Below, one piece after another: positions 9,649 to 18,000 of a stretch of 48,884 nt of DNA. Both the position numbers and the translations under genes were made by a program. Position 1 is the first letter of the stretch. Each line of letters starts with the position of its first letter. The notes under the pieces were generated by a model. The model was given only the letters and a program-made list of their open reading frames with translations. It was not told the origin of the DNA and ran no database searches. The stretch is from a virus, in the IMG/VR virus record IMGVR_UViG_3300045988_153650, positions 1 to 48,884 of that record; one strand, written 5' to 3'.

Positions 9649-9792
9649 CATCCTTATTGCAGAACAACTACTATCCCATACATAGAAAATTTAAAAGGAA
9701 CTAGATTTGCAAGAGATAGCAAAGGTAAAAGAATAGAAATAGATGCAAGTGTAACATATAAAGAATGGGCTAAGATTTACAAAGTAGATTAA
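9649..9792 (+). other. In-frame continuation of the Mu F-like gene after TGA (HPYCRTTTIPY...); no start codon of its own
   Basis: 47 sense codons in the same frame with no ATG/GTG/TTG; completes the conserved motif. Confidence 0.55.
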
Positions 9793-9811
9793 CAATAGTT
9801 AGTCTTTTTTT
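9786..9811 (+). terminator. Rho-independent terminator
   Basis: agattaac/gttagtct stem (one G-U) followed by T7. Confidence 0.65.
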
Positions 9812-9906
9812 ATGTTTAAATTTATTAATACTTATACAGAGTAAAAGCTAAAGAAAACAACTATATATATTTAGTAATTATATTAGTAATTGTTATAGTA
9901 TTTATT

Positions 9907-10022
9907 GTGTGTGAAAAACCCTACTGGTGTAGTATGAAAAAACCATACTACTCGTGTGTGAAAAACCCAACTGGTATGATTTAACCAGTATGAAAAAACC
10001 ATACTACTAAAACCATACTACT
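9907..10022 (+). repeat. Iteron-like repeat cluster (GTGTGTGAAAAACCC(T/A)ACTGG x2, GTATGAAAAAACCATACTACT x2, AAAACCATACTACT)
   Basis: Five same-orientation copies in a noncoding gap; the same core TGAAAAACCCAAC recurs at 43901-43993. Confidence 0.8.
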
Positions 10023-10026
10023 TAAC

Positions 10027-10048
10027 GAAGCTATCAAGCTTCTTTTTT
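10027..10048 (+). terminator. Rho-independent terminator
   Basis: gaagct-atca-agcttc followed by T6. Confidence 0.7.
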
Positions 10049-10129
10049 ATTGTCTTTTTACTTGTTTAGACGTAAAAGAGAACTCGGAAAACTTAGCCTA
10101 CTATGGCTTTAAACTAGGAGGATTAAAAA

Positions 10130-10735
10130 ATGGAAAACTTAGAAAACAACGTTGTTAATAATGAAGTACAAGAAAATACAGAGGTAGAAGCTAAAGAAGT
10201 TAAGACTTTCACTCAAGATGAACTTAATAAAATAGTTGCAGAAAGAATAGCTAAAGAAAAAAAGAAATTAGAAGCTGAAAGATTAAAGCAACAAGAAATG
10301 CAAGAAAAGCTTATAGAAGAAGAATCTGAAAAACTTGCTAAAATGACAGAAGCTGAAAAGATAAAGGCTAAAGCTGAAAGAGAACGTAAAAAGTTTGAAG
10401 AAAAAGTTGCTAGATATGAAACAGAAAAGAAAGCTTTTGAGCAAGAGAAAATTAAAAATGAAACTATGAAACTTTTAAGTGAAAAAGGACTACCAATTGA
10501 ATTATGTCAATTTATAAAATCAGATACTGCTGATGAAATAATGGGAAATGTAGAAGTGTTTGAAAAATGTTGGTCAGAAGCTATAGAAAAATCAGTAAAT
10601 GCTAGATTAAGGATGAGTGGTGAGTTAAAAACTTCAACTACTACTAAAGCTACTTACACAGTAGACCAATTAAGAAATATGTCAGCAGAAGAAATAAACA
10701 AAAACTGGGATAAGATAAAAAATAATTTTAGATAA
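10130..10735 (+). CDS. Scaffolding protein (DUF4355-like)
   Basis: Highly charged coiled-coil protein directly upstream of the capsid gene. Confidence 0.7.
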   Translation: MENLENNVVNNEVQENTEVEAKEVKTFTQDELNKIVAERIAKEKKKLEAERLKQQEMQEKLIEEESEKLAKMTEAEKIKAKAERERKKFEEKVARYETEKKAFEQEKIKNETMKLLSEKGLPIELCQFIKSDTADEIMGNVEVFEKCWSEAIEKSVNARLRMSGELKTSTTTKATYTVDQLRNMSAEEINKNWDKIKNNFR

Positions 10736-10773
10736 GAAAGGATAGCTTATAAAAGCTATTATGGTGAAAAAAT

Positions 10774-11550
10774 ATGGCAGTAACTAACTTTATACCTTCA
10801 ATTTGGGAAGCAAGATTATTAGCAAAATTCCATGAAAGAAGTATAACAGACTTAATAACTACAGCACCTACAAAGGTAGAAGGAAACAAAGTAATATTTA
10901 ATAAGGTATCAGATGTAGCTATAAACAAATACACTGGAACTGTAGATTTTGAAGATTTAACAACTTCAAAAGTTGAATTAACTTTAGATAATAAAAATTA
11001 TTGGGCATTTAAAGTTGATGATGTAGATGCAGTTCAATCAGCAGGAGAATTAATAGATCCACACGTTGAAGAAGCAGGATATGGATTACAAGAAGCTACT
11101 GATAAATTTGTATTAACAGAAGCTTTAAGAACTACTAATGAAGTAACTAAAGATGAATCTGATAAAGCATATGATTTAATAGTAAAAGCTAATACTGCTT
11201 TAAATAAAAACAAAGTGCCTAAGGCTCAAAGATATGCAGTTATAAATGCAGAAGTTTTACAAGATTTACAACTAGATTCAAGATTTACATTACAATATAC
11301 AATATTAGAAAACGGAATAATAGAAGGTGCTAACATAAACGGTACTCAATTAGTATTCTCTGAAGAATTAAATGGTGGAAAATTTGCTATAGTAGTATTA
11401 CATAAATCAGCTATAGGATATGCTAAGCAATTAGAAGAAACTGAAGCTATGAGATTACAAAACTCTTTTGCTGATGGTATAAGAGGACTTCAAGTTGATG
11501 GTGTTAAAACTTTAAGAGAAGAAGCTATAGTAAAATACGTTCAAGAGTAA
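10774..11550 (+). CDS. Major capsid protein
   Basis: MAVTNFIPSIWEARLL... N-terminus typical of capsid proteins; position; strong terminator downstream. Confidence 0.8.
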   Translation: MAVTNFIPSIWEARLLAKFHERSITDLITTAPTKVEGNKVIFNKVSDVAINKYTGTVDFEDLTTSKVELTLDNKNYWAFKVDDVDAVQSAGELIDPHVEEAGYGLQEATDKFVLTEALRTTNEVTKDESDKAYDLIVKANTALNKNKVPKAQRYAVINAEVLQDLQLDSRFTLQYTILENGIIEGANINGTQLVFSEELNGGKFAIVVLHKSAIGYAKQLEETEAMRLQNSFADGIRGLQVDGVKTLREEAIVKYVQE

Positions 11551-11670
11551 CTGCGAAGTGCTTCAAAGTCAGTTGATGAAGTTAGTATAGCTTCTTTAAT
11601 TGATGAAGTCGAAGAAGTGGAAGTCCCACAAAAGAAAACTAGAACGAAAAAAACTAGAAAAGCTAAGAAG

Positions 11671-11695
11671 GTAGAGGAATAATCCTCTATCTTTT
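11671..11695 (+). terminator. Rho-independent terminator after the capsid gene
   Basis: tagagga-ataa-tcctcta followed by tcttttt. Confidence 0.75.
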
Positions 11696-11712
11696 TCATA
11701 TAGGTGATAATT

Positions 11713-12054
11713 ATGTTAGAAAACGTAAAATTAATGTTAAATCTTACTGATTATGAGCATGACAACTTAATATTATTATATTTAGCTAAAGTAGAAACTA
11801 TGGTTGTAGACTATTGCAATGTAAATGAGTTGACTGGGGGGCTAGAAAGCTTTATAGAAGATAAAGTTGTATCTATTATGAAGCCTTTAGTAAGTGGAGG
11901 TACTCAAAATACAGGCGAAATAAAGTCTATAAGCAGAGGGGACACTAAAATAGAATATAATGTTGGTGATGTTGCAGAAGCTTCAAACGGTGCAACATTA
12001 ACTTCATCTGATAAAGAATTTTTAAAGCAGTATAGAAGGGCTAGGTGCTATTAA
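11713..12054 (+). CDS. Head-tail connector (gp6-like)
   Basis: MLENVKLMLNLTDYEHDNLILLYL... pattern; ATG follows AGGTGA. Confidence 0.7.
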   Translation: MLENVKLMLNLTDYEHDNLILLYLAKVETMVVDYCNVNELTGGLESFIEDKVVSIMKPLVSGGTQNTGEIKSISRGDTKIEYNVGDVAEASNGATLTSSDKEFLKQYRRARCY

Positions 12055-12055
12055 T

Positions 12056-12403
12056 ATGACTGATATTGAAATATTAGAAAGCACTTACTTTGATAGATGT
12101 ACTATTAAGAGAAAAGTTAAAGCTAAAAATCCTAATACTGGTGTAACTGAAACTGTAGAAAAAATAATAGCTGAAAATGTTAAATGTGCTTTATCTAAGA
12201 AAGATACTCCTATAATGACGTCTGATGGAGTTGGCAAATTAGCTTTTTCTCATTTGTTATTTTTAAATCCTAACATTGATATTCAAGAAGGTGATACAGT
12301 AGAAGTTACTGTAATGGGTAAAATATCTATTTATTTAGCTTCTAAGCCCTTCTTTTATTCCTCGCATAGTGAGACTTTATTAAGCTATAAAGAGAGGACT
12401 TAA
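12056..12403 (+). CDS. Putative head closure / head-tail adaptor protein
   Basis: Size and position in the neck module. Confidence 0.5.
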   Translation: MTDIEILESTYFDRCTIKRKVKAKNPNTGVTETVEKIIAENVKCALSKKDTPIMTSDGVGKLAFSHLLFLNPNIDIQEGDTVEVTVMGKISIYLASKPFFYSSHSETLLSYKERT

Positions 12404-12404
12404 A

Positions 12405-12764
12405 ATGGAAATTCAAGGATTAGATGAATTTGCTAAAACTTTAGAAAATGCTAGTAATAATTTTGATGAAGAAGCTAATAAGAAATTAGATATTATTGCT
12501 AGTAAATTAATAGCTAAAGTAAAGCTAAAAACACCAGTTGATAGTGGATTGTTAAGGAGAAGTTGGCAACCTAAAAAGATAAGTAACCTTGAAAGGCTAG
12601 TGTTTAATAATTGCAGATACGGCCAATTCGTAAACTATGGACACAGGACAAGAAATGGAAAATCTTTTGTAGATGGAGTCTATATGCTTGAAAAATCAGT
12701 AAAAGAAATTGAATCAGAACTTGATAAAGAGTTTTCTATAATGATAGATAATCTTTTCAAGTAG
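12405..12764 (+). CDS. HK97 gp10-family neck/tail-completion protein
   Basis: TPVDSGLLRRSWQ hallmark motif. Confidence 0.75.
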   Translation: MEIQGLDEFAKTLENASNNFDEEANKKLDIIASKLIAKVKLKTPVDSGLLRRSWQPKKISNLERLVFNNCRYGQFVNYGHRTRNGKSFVDGVYMLEKSVKEIESELDKEFSIMIDNLFK

Positions 12765-12781
12765 AAAGTGAGATGATATTT

Positions 12782-13048
12782 ATGGATAAAAAAATATCAA
12801 TGACGGTTAGCGTTGATGTAGATATTGAGTTTGGATTTAGTGTAGCTTTAGAATACTTAAAAAAAGGATATAAAGTCACTAAGAAATCTTGGCACAAAGA
12901 AGGTATGTTTTTAGAAATACAGAATCCAACTGAAACGTCTAAAATGACTGCTTCTTATATCTATATAACTATAGATAATGAATATAGAATACCATGGCAT
13001 CCTAGTCAAGCGGATATGCTTGAAAATGATTGGATGGTTGTTAAATAA
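12782..13048 (+). CDS. DUF2829-family protein (Tad2-like candidate anti-Thoeris sponge)
   Basis: FGFSVALEYLKKGYKVTKKSWHKEGMFLEIQ...IPWHPSQADMLENDWMVV matches the recalled DUF2829 pattern. Confidence 0.65.
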   Translation: MDKKISMTVSVDVDIEFGFSVALEYLKKGYKVTKKSWHKEGMFLEIQNPTETSKMTASYIYITIDNEYRIPWHPSQADMLENDWMVVK

Positions 13049-13480
13049 ATGCTAACTTACAAAGATATTTTATTTTCTGCTACTAAAATTTTATCTGATA
13101 ATTTTAATTGTGATGTAATAGTTAAAAATGAAGAGGGGACTTTTGAGAATGAATGTTTTTATGTAACTTTAGTTCCAATTACAAGTAAAGCTTCTACTTT
13201 AAAAACTAACGAAAAGCAATTAATGATTTCAGTAAAATATTTTGGTAGTAGTAAATTAGATAATTATGATGTAGCAGATAAGCTAGAAGGTTTATTTGCT
13301 AGAAGTTTAAAAGTTAATAATAGAGTTTTAAATATATCTAACGTTGAGCCTAATTTTCTAGTTGATGAAGTAGGGGAAATGTTAGATTTTTTAATTTATA
13401 TAACTTATTTTGACTTTATAAAAATTGACAATGAAACTTGCGAAAATATGCAAGATATAAATTTAGATATGAAGGGGTGA
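13049..13480 (+). CDS. Putative tail terminator/completion protein (XkdJ position)
   Basis: Synteny only. Confidence 0.45.
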   Translation: MLTYKDILFSATKILSDNFNCDVIVKNEEGTFENECFYVTLVPITSKASTLKTNEKQLMISVKYFGSSKLDNYDVADKLEGLFARSLKVNNRVLNISNVEPNFLVDEVGEMLDFLIYITYFDFIKIDNETCENMQDINLDMKG

Positions 13481-13484
13481 TTGA

Positions 13485-14534
13485 ATGGGATTACCAATAA
13501 TAGATATATCATTTAAGCAATTAGCTAAATCAGCAGTAATAAGAAGTCAAAGAGGTATAGTCGCTTTAATATTGAAAGATACTACAAAGGCTTCTTTAAC
13601 TGTATTTGATGAAGGAGATATACCATCTGGTTTAACAGAAACTAATCAAGGATTAATAAAAGATGTATTAAAAGGATCTCCTAATAAGATAGAATTATTT
13701 GTATTAGGTGCAGAAGGAGAAATATCAGAAGCATTAACATATTTTGAAGGTGTAGAATTTAACTTAATGTGTATGCCAAGTGCTGAAACTTCTGATGTAA
13801 CTGCTATAAAATCATTTATAAAGAAAATGAATGATGTTGTTAAATATAAATGTGATGCAATACTTGCAAATGAAAAAGCTGATAGTGAAGCTATAATAAA
13901 CTATACTGCTAAAAATATAGTTGTAGGTGGTGAATCTGTAACTACTGCTAATCATACTGCAAGAATAGCTGGACTTATAGAAGGTACGCCTTTACATCAA
14001 TCTGTAACTTTTGCTACTTTATCAGATGTTGATTCTATAGAAAATCTTACTAAAGAACAAGCTGATAGTAGAATAGATGCAGGGGAGTTAATCTTAGTAA
14101 GGGAAATGGGGAAAGTAAGAGTTGCAAGAGGTGTAAACTCATTAACTACTTTAACTGATATAAAGGGTAATGCTTTCCAAAAAATCAAATTAAGAAAAAT
14201 ATTAAACTTAATACACAATGATTTAAGAAGGGTTATAGTTGAAAAATATATAGGTAAAGTTCCTAACAACTATGATAATAAATGCGTTCTTATAACTGAA
14301 ATAAAGAACTATTTAGATGAATTAGCTACTGAACAATTAATAGAAAAAGTAAATACTGTTGGTATAGATTTAATAGCACAAAAGAAATGGCTTAAAGATA
14401 ATACTAACTTAGATATAAATGCTATGACTGAACAAGAAATAAAAGAAGCCAATACTCAATCAAATGTATTTATAGCTATATCTCTTAAAGTTGTTGACGC
14501 TATGGAAGATATAGTAATAGCAGTTGAAATATAG
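13485..14534 (+). CDS. Tail sheath protein (XkdK-like)
   Basis: 349 aa directly upstream of the tube gene; PBSX gene order. Confidence 0.8.
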   Translation: MGLPIIDISFKQLAKSAVIRSQRGIVALILKDTTKASLTVFDEGDIPSGLTETNQGLIKDVLKGSPNKIELFVLGAEGEISEALTYFEGVEFNLMCMPSAETSDVTAIKSFIKKMNDVVKYKCDAILANEKADSEAIINYTAKNIVVGGESVTTANHTARIAGLIEGTPLHQSVTFATLSDVDSIENLTKEQADSRIDAGELILVREMGKVRVARGVNSLTTLTDIKGNAFQKIKLRKILNLIHNDLRRVIVEKYIGKVPNNYDNKCVLITEIKNYLDELATEQLIEKVNTVGIDLIAQKKWLKDNTNLDINAMTEQEIKEANTQSNVFIAISLKVVDAMEDIVIAVEI

Positions 14535-14545
14535 GAGGTGTATTT

Positions 14546-14971
14546 ATGGCTATAGATGAAAGAAAAATAATGAACGGTACTCATGGTACTGTTTTTTTAG
14601 ATGGAGAAGAAGTTGCAGAAGTAAAATCATTTCAAGCTAAATTAGAATTCCAAAAAGAAGAAGTAAAAGTCGCAGGAAAAATGGCAACAGGAACTAAATA
14701 TATGGGCTATAGTGGTAAAGGCTCATTAGCTTTACATAAAGTAAACTCAAGAATGATAAAAGCTATAGGGACTCAAATAAAAGAAGGAAAAGAGCCAAGA
14801 TTTACTTTAATAGGTAAATTAGCAGATCCTGATGCTGACGGTGTTGAAAGAATAGCTATAAATAATGTATCATTTGATGATTTAACTTTATTTGACTTTG
14901 AAGTAGGTGCATTAGGTCAAACTGAATGTCCTTTTACATTTACAGAATGGGATATTCTTGACTCTATATAA
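14546..14971 (+). CDS. Tail tube protein (XkdM-like)
   Basis: NGTHGTVFLDGEEVAEVKSFQAKLEF... pattern. Confidence 0.8.
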   Translation: MAIDERKIMNGTHGTVFLDGEEVAEVKSFQAKLEFQKEEVKVAGKMATGTKYMGYSGKGSLALHKVNSRMIKAIGTQIKEGKEPRFTLIGKLADPDADGVERIAINNVSFDDLTLFDFEVGALGQTECPFTFTEWDILDSI

Positions 14972-15054
14972 CTATAAAAAATTAGATTAGATGTTGAAAT
15001 TCAAAGCATTTTAAGATACAATCTAAATATATATAATAAATAGGAGGTTGTATC

Positions 15055-15846
15055 ATGGGTAAGTTTTTAGATTTAACAGGTAAAAGATTTGGATATTTAG
15101 AAGTTTTACATAGAAATGGGGTTGACTCTAATAATGGCAATATTATGTGGAAATGCAAATGTATATGTGGAAACATTAAAACGATGTCAAGTCAATCCCT
15201 TAAAAAATCAAAGACTTGCGGTTGTAAATATGAAGATTTGAGTGGAGTAAAAAGTGGAATATTAACCGCTATAAAGTTTTCCGAGAATAAAAATAGACAA
15301 AACTATTGGCTATGCAAATGTGAATGCGGAAATGAAATAGAAGTCCCAGCCACAAAATTAAGAACTAAAAGAATTTTGAGTTGTGGGTGTAAAAGCGGAA
15401 GGTATTCTCATGGTTTGCGAAACACTAAAATTTATAATATTTGGAATGCTATGAAGCAACGATGTTTAAATGAAAATTTTAAAGATTATCATTCATATGG
15501 AGGAAGAGGTATTTCTGTATGCTATGAGTGGTTAATCTTTGATAATTTTTACAAAGATATGGGAAGCGAATATGTTTCACATATTGAAAAATACGGAGTT
15601 AAAAATACTACTCTTGATAGAATAGATGTTAATGGTAATTATTGTAAAGATAATTGCAGATGGGCAACTGTCGAAGAACAAAGTTTTAATAAGAGGGACA
15701 CTATAAGACTTGAATATGACGGTAAAATTATGACCTTGAAAGAAATATCAATTAAATATAATTTGCCATTAACAACTCTTTATTGTAGATATGAAAAAGG
15801 TCAAAGAGGATATGATTTAATAAGACCTTATAGAACAAAGCTATAA
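15055..15846 (+). CDS. Free-standing HNH-like homing-endonuclease-family protein with tandem zinc-ribbon repeats
   Basis: WKCKCICGN..CGC and WLCKCECGN..CGC repeats, IYNIWNAMKQRC..YGGRGISVCYEW, LDRIDVNGNYCKDNCRWAT; own RBS and flanking gaps. Confidence 0.55.
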   Translation: MGKFLDLTGKRFGYLEVLHRNGVDSNNGNIMWKCKCICGNIKTMSSQSLKKSKTCGCKYEDLSGVKSGILTAIKFSENKNRQNYWLCKCECGNEIEVPATKLRTKRILSCGCKSGRYSHGLRNTKIYNIWNAMKQRCLNENFKDYHSYGGRGISVCYEWLIFDNFYKDMGSEYVSHIEKYGVKNTTLDRIDVNGNYCKDNCRWATVEEQSFNKRDTIRLEYDGKIMTLKEISIKYNLPLTTLYCRYEKGQRGYDLIRPYRTKL

Positions 15847-15860
15847 TTCATTTTAGTAAG

Positions 15861-15890
15861 GCTAGGATATTGCTCCTAGTCTTTATTTTT
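15861..15890 (+). terminator. Terminator-like hairpin
   Basis: ctagga/tcctag stem followed by ctttattttt. Confidence 0.5.
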
Positions 15891-15913
15891 ATATACAAAG
15901 GAGAATATGGACT

Positions 15914-16333
15914 ATGAGTAATGTAATAGATTTACTTTTAAACGCAGATTTAGAACAAATACAAAGACCTTCAAAAGAGGTTGAAATAAAAAGATTATCT
16001 AATATATTTGGAGAAAAGTTTACAGTTTTATGTAAGGCTTTAACTTATGACAAGTATAGCGAGATGCAAGAAAGTTGTATTGATATAACTACTAAAGAGC
16101 CTACATTTGACTTACAAAAGCTTCAAATAGAGTTAGTTTTCAATGGTGTATTTAATGCAGAAGATGGAACAAGATTTTTCTCAAATAAAGAACTTCATAA
16201 AAAGTTCAAAGTACCACATGGAAAAGAATTTATAAAGAAGCTTTTATTAAGTGGAGAAATAAGTGCATTAGCAGACACTATAACAGAACTAACAGGCTTC
16301 AAAGGTGATTTAATAGAAGAAGTAAAAAACTAA
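15914..16333 (+). CDS. Tail assembly chaperone (XkdN-like), short form
   Basis: Position between tube and tape measure; ends at TAA just after the slippery site. Confidence 0.75.
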   Translation: MSNVIDLLLNADLEQIQRPSKEVEIKRLSNIFGEKFTVLCKALTYDKYSEMQESCIDITTKEPTFDLQKLQIELVFNGVFNAEDGTRFFSNKELHKKFKVPHGKEFIKKLLLSGEISALADTITELTGFKGDLIEEVKN

Positions 16334-16515
16334 TTAAGACTGATGATAATACTTTCTTAATGTTTTATTTATTTCATAAGAAAAATATCATTAGTCCAAA
16401 AGAAAGCTATGACTTATTAAAGTCTATGGATAAAGGTGAAAAAGAAATACTTTTAGCTTTTATAAAACAAGAAATGGAAATAGAACAAAAGAAAAACTCC
16501 TTAGAGGAGGTGTAA
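15914..16515 (+). CDS. Tail assembly chaperone, -1 frameshift-extended form (G-T analogue)
   Basis: The -1 frame after 16330 reads KKLIKTDDNTFLMFYLFHKK...NSLEEV and stops 3 nt before the tape-measure ATG. Confidence 0.6.
16324..16330 (+). promoter_or_regulatory. -1 programmed ribosomal frameshift slippery heptamer A_AAA_AAC
   Basis: In phase X_XXY_YYZ; the -1 frame stays open to 16515. Confidence 0.65.
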
Positions 16516-16518
16516 TAA

Positions 16519-18000
16519 ATGAGCAGTACAGAAAAAATACTTAAAGCTAGGATTCAAGCAATAGATAATTTTACTAAGCCTGTGCAAAAGGTTATATCTC
16601 AAACTAAAGCATTTCAAGCTACTGCAAAAGCAGTAAAACCTTTAGTATTAAAAGCTAAAGATATGGCTAGTAAAGTTATATCTAAAGTAAAAGCACAAGT
16701 AGACAAATTTAAGGCTACTAAATTTGGTCAGTTTGTGCTTAAAGCTAAAGATATGGCTAGTAAAGTTTTGACTAAAGTAAATGGTATGTTACGGTCATTT
16801 GCAAGTAAGGCTTGGAGTGCTACCGTATCAGTAAAAGACAAAGCTTCTAGTGTATTATCAAGTATTCAAGGGAAACTTAGTGCTTTAGCAGTTGGTGCAA
16901 CTGTTATGGTAGGTGCTAAAACTGGATTTAATGAGTTGGCAAATGAGCAAACACAAAAGCTTACTATAAATAGAGTAATCCAAAATACTGGTCAATCTAA
17001 AGAACAAGCTAAAAAGTCAACTGATGAATATTATAAGTATTTAGAAGAATATGCAAATAAAACTCCTTTTGAAACAAGTGCAGTAACTCAATTTGGGGTT
17101 AAGTCTATGATGATGGCAAAAGGAGATATAGACCAAGCTAAAAAACTTACAGACCTTCAAGGAAATGTTAAGGCTTTTGTTGGAGATTTAAGAACTGAAC
17201 AAGAGGTTGCAGAGGCATTTTTTAGTGCTAGTAATAATAATATGGAAGCACTTAACAATATGCTAGGGACTCAATATAAAACTTTTGAAGAAGCTAAAGA
17301 AGGTATTGCCAAAAATCAAGGTGGATTAGTAAATGAAATGTCTACTACTTTAGGTGGTTTAATGTCTACTATAAGTGGTAAAGTTAAAAATAGCTTAAAA
17401 GGTGTAACTAAAGTATTTGCTGATATGCTAAGTGGTAGTATGAGTGGGATAATAGGCTTTATAGATAGTATATCACCTAAAATGGTTGCTATGGCTGAAA
17501 GTGTAAAAGCAGGCTTTGAAGCTTTCTCTAAGTCCGAACAAGCTAGTCAATATATGCAAATATTTAAAACTGTATTTGAAGTTGCTTGGGGAATGATAAA
17601 AAATGTTATAGAAGCAGTAAGACCAGTAGTTGAAGCTATATTTAATTTCATAGGTCAACATTCGCAAGAAATATCTACAATAGTTCAAATGTTTGGGAAT
17701 ATTTGGAGTAGTGTTTGGAAACTTGCAGGAACTCTTTTACAAGGTGCTTGGAGTATATGTGAGCCTATATTAAGTACATTAATCAAAGCTTTAGCTAAAG
17801 TTAGTGGTGCAGTAGAAACAATTTGCAGTTGGTGGAATAAAATGACTGAACTTCTTAAAACTCCTATAAATGCAGTTGTGAACGTAGCGAAAAAAGGTGC
17901 TAGTTGGGTAAGTGATAAGTTAGGATTATCGGAAGGTAGAAACGCATTTGGTAGTGGTAGAATTGCTCGTGATGGAACTGTAAGAACTTTACATGAGGGT
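16519..18000 (+). CDS. Tape measure protein, exon 1
   Basis: Ala/Lys-rich helical repeats (LKAKDMASKV x2); the track ORF runs on into intron sequence to 18036. Confidence 0.8.
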
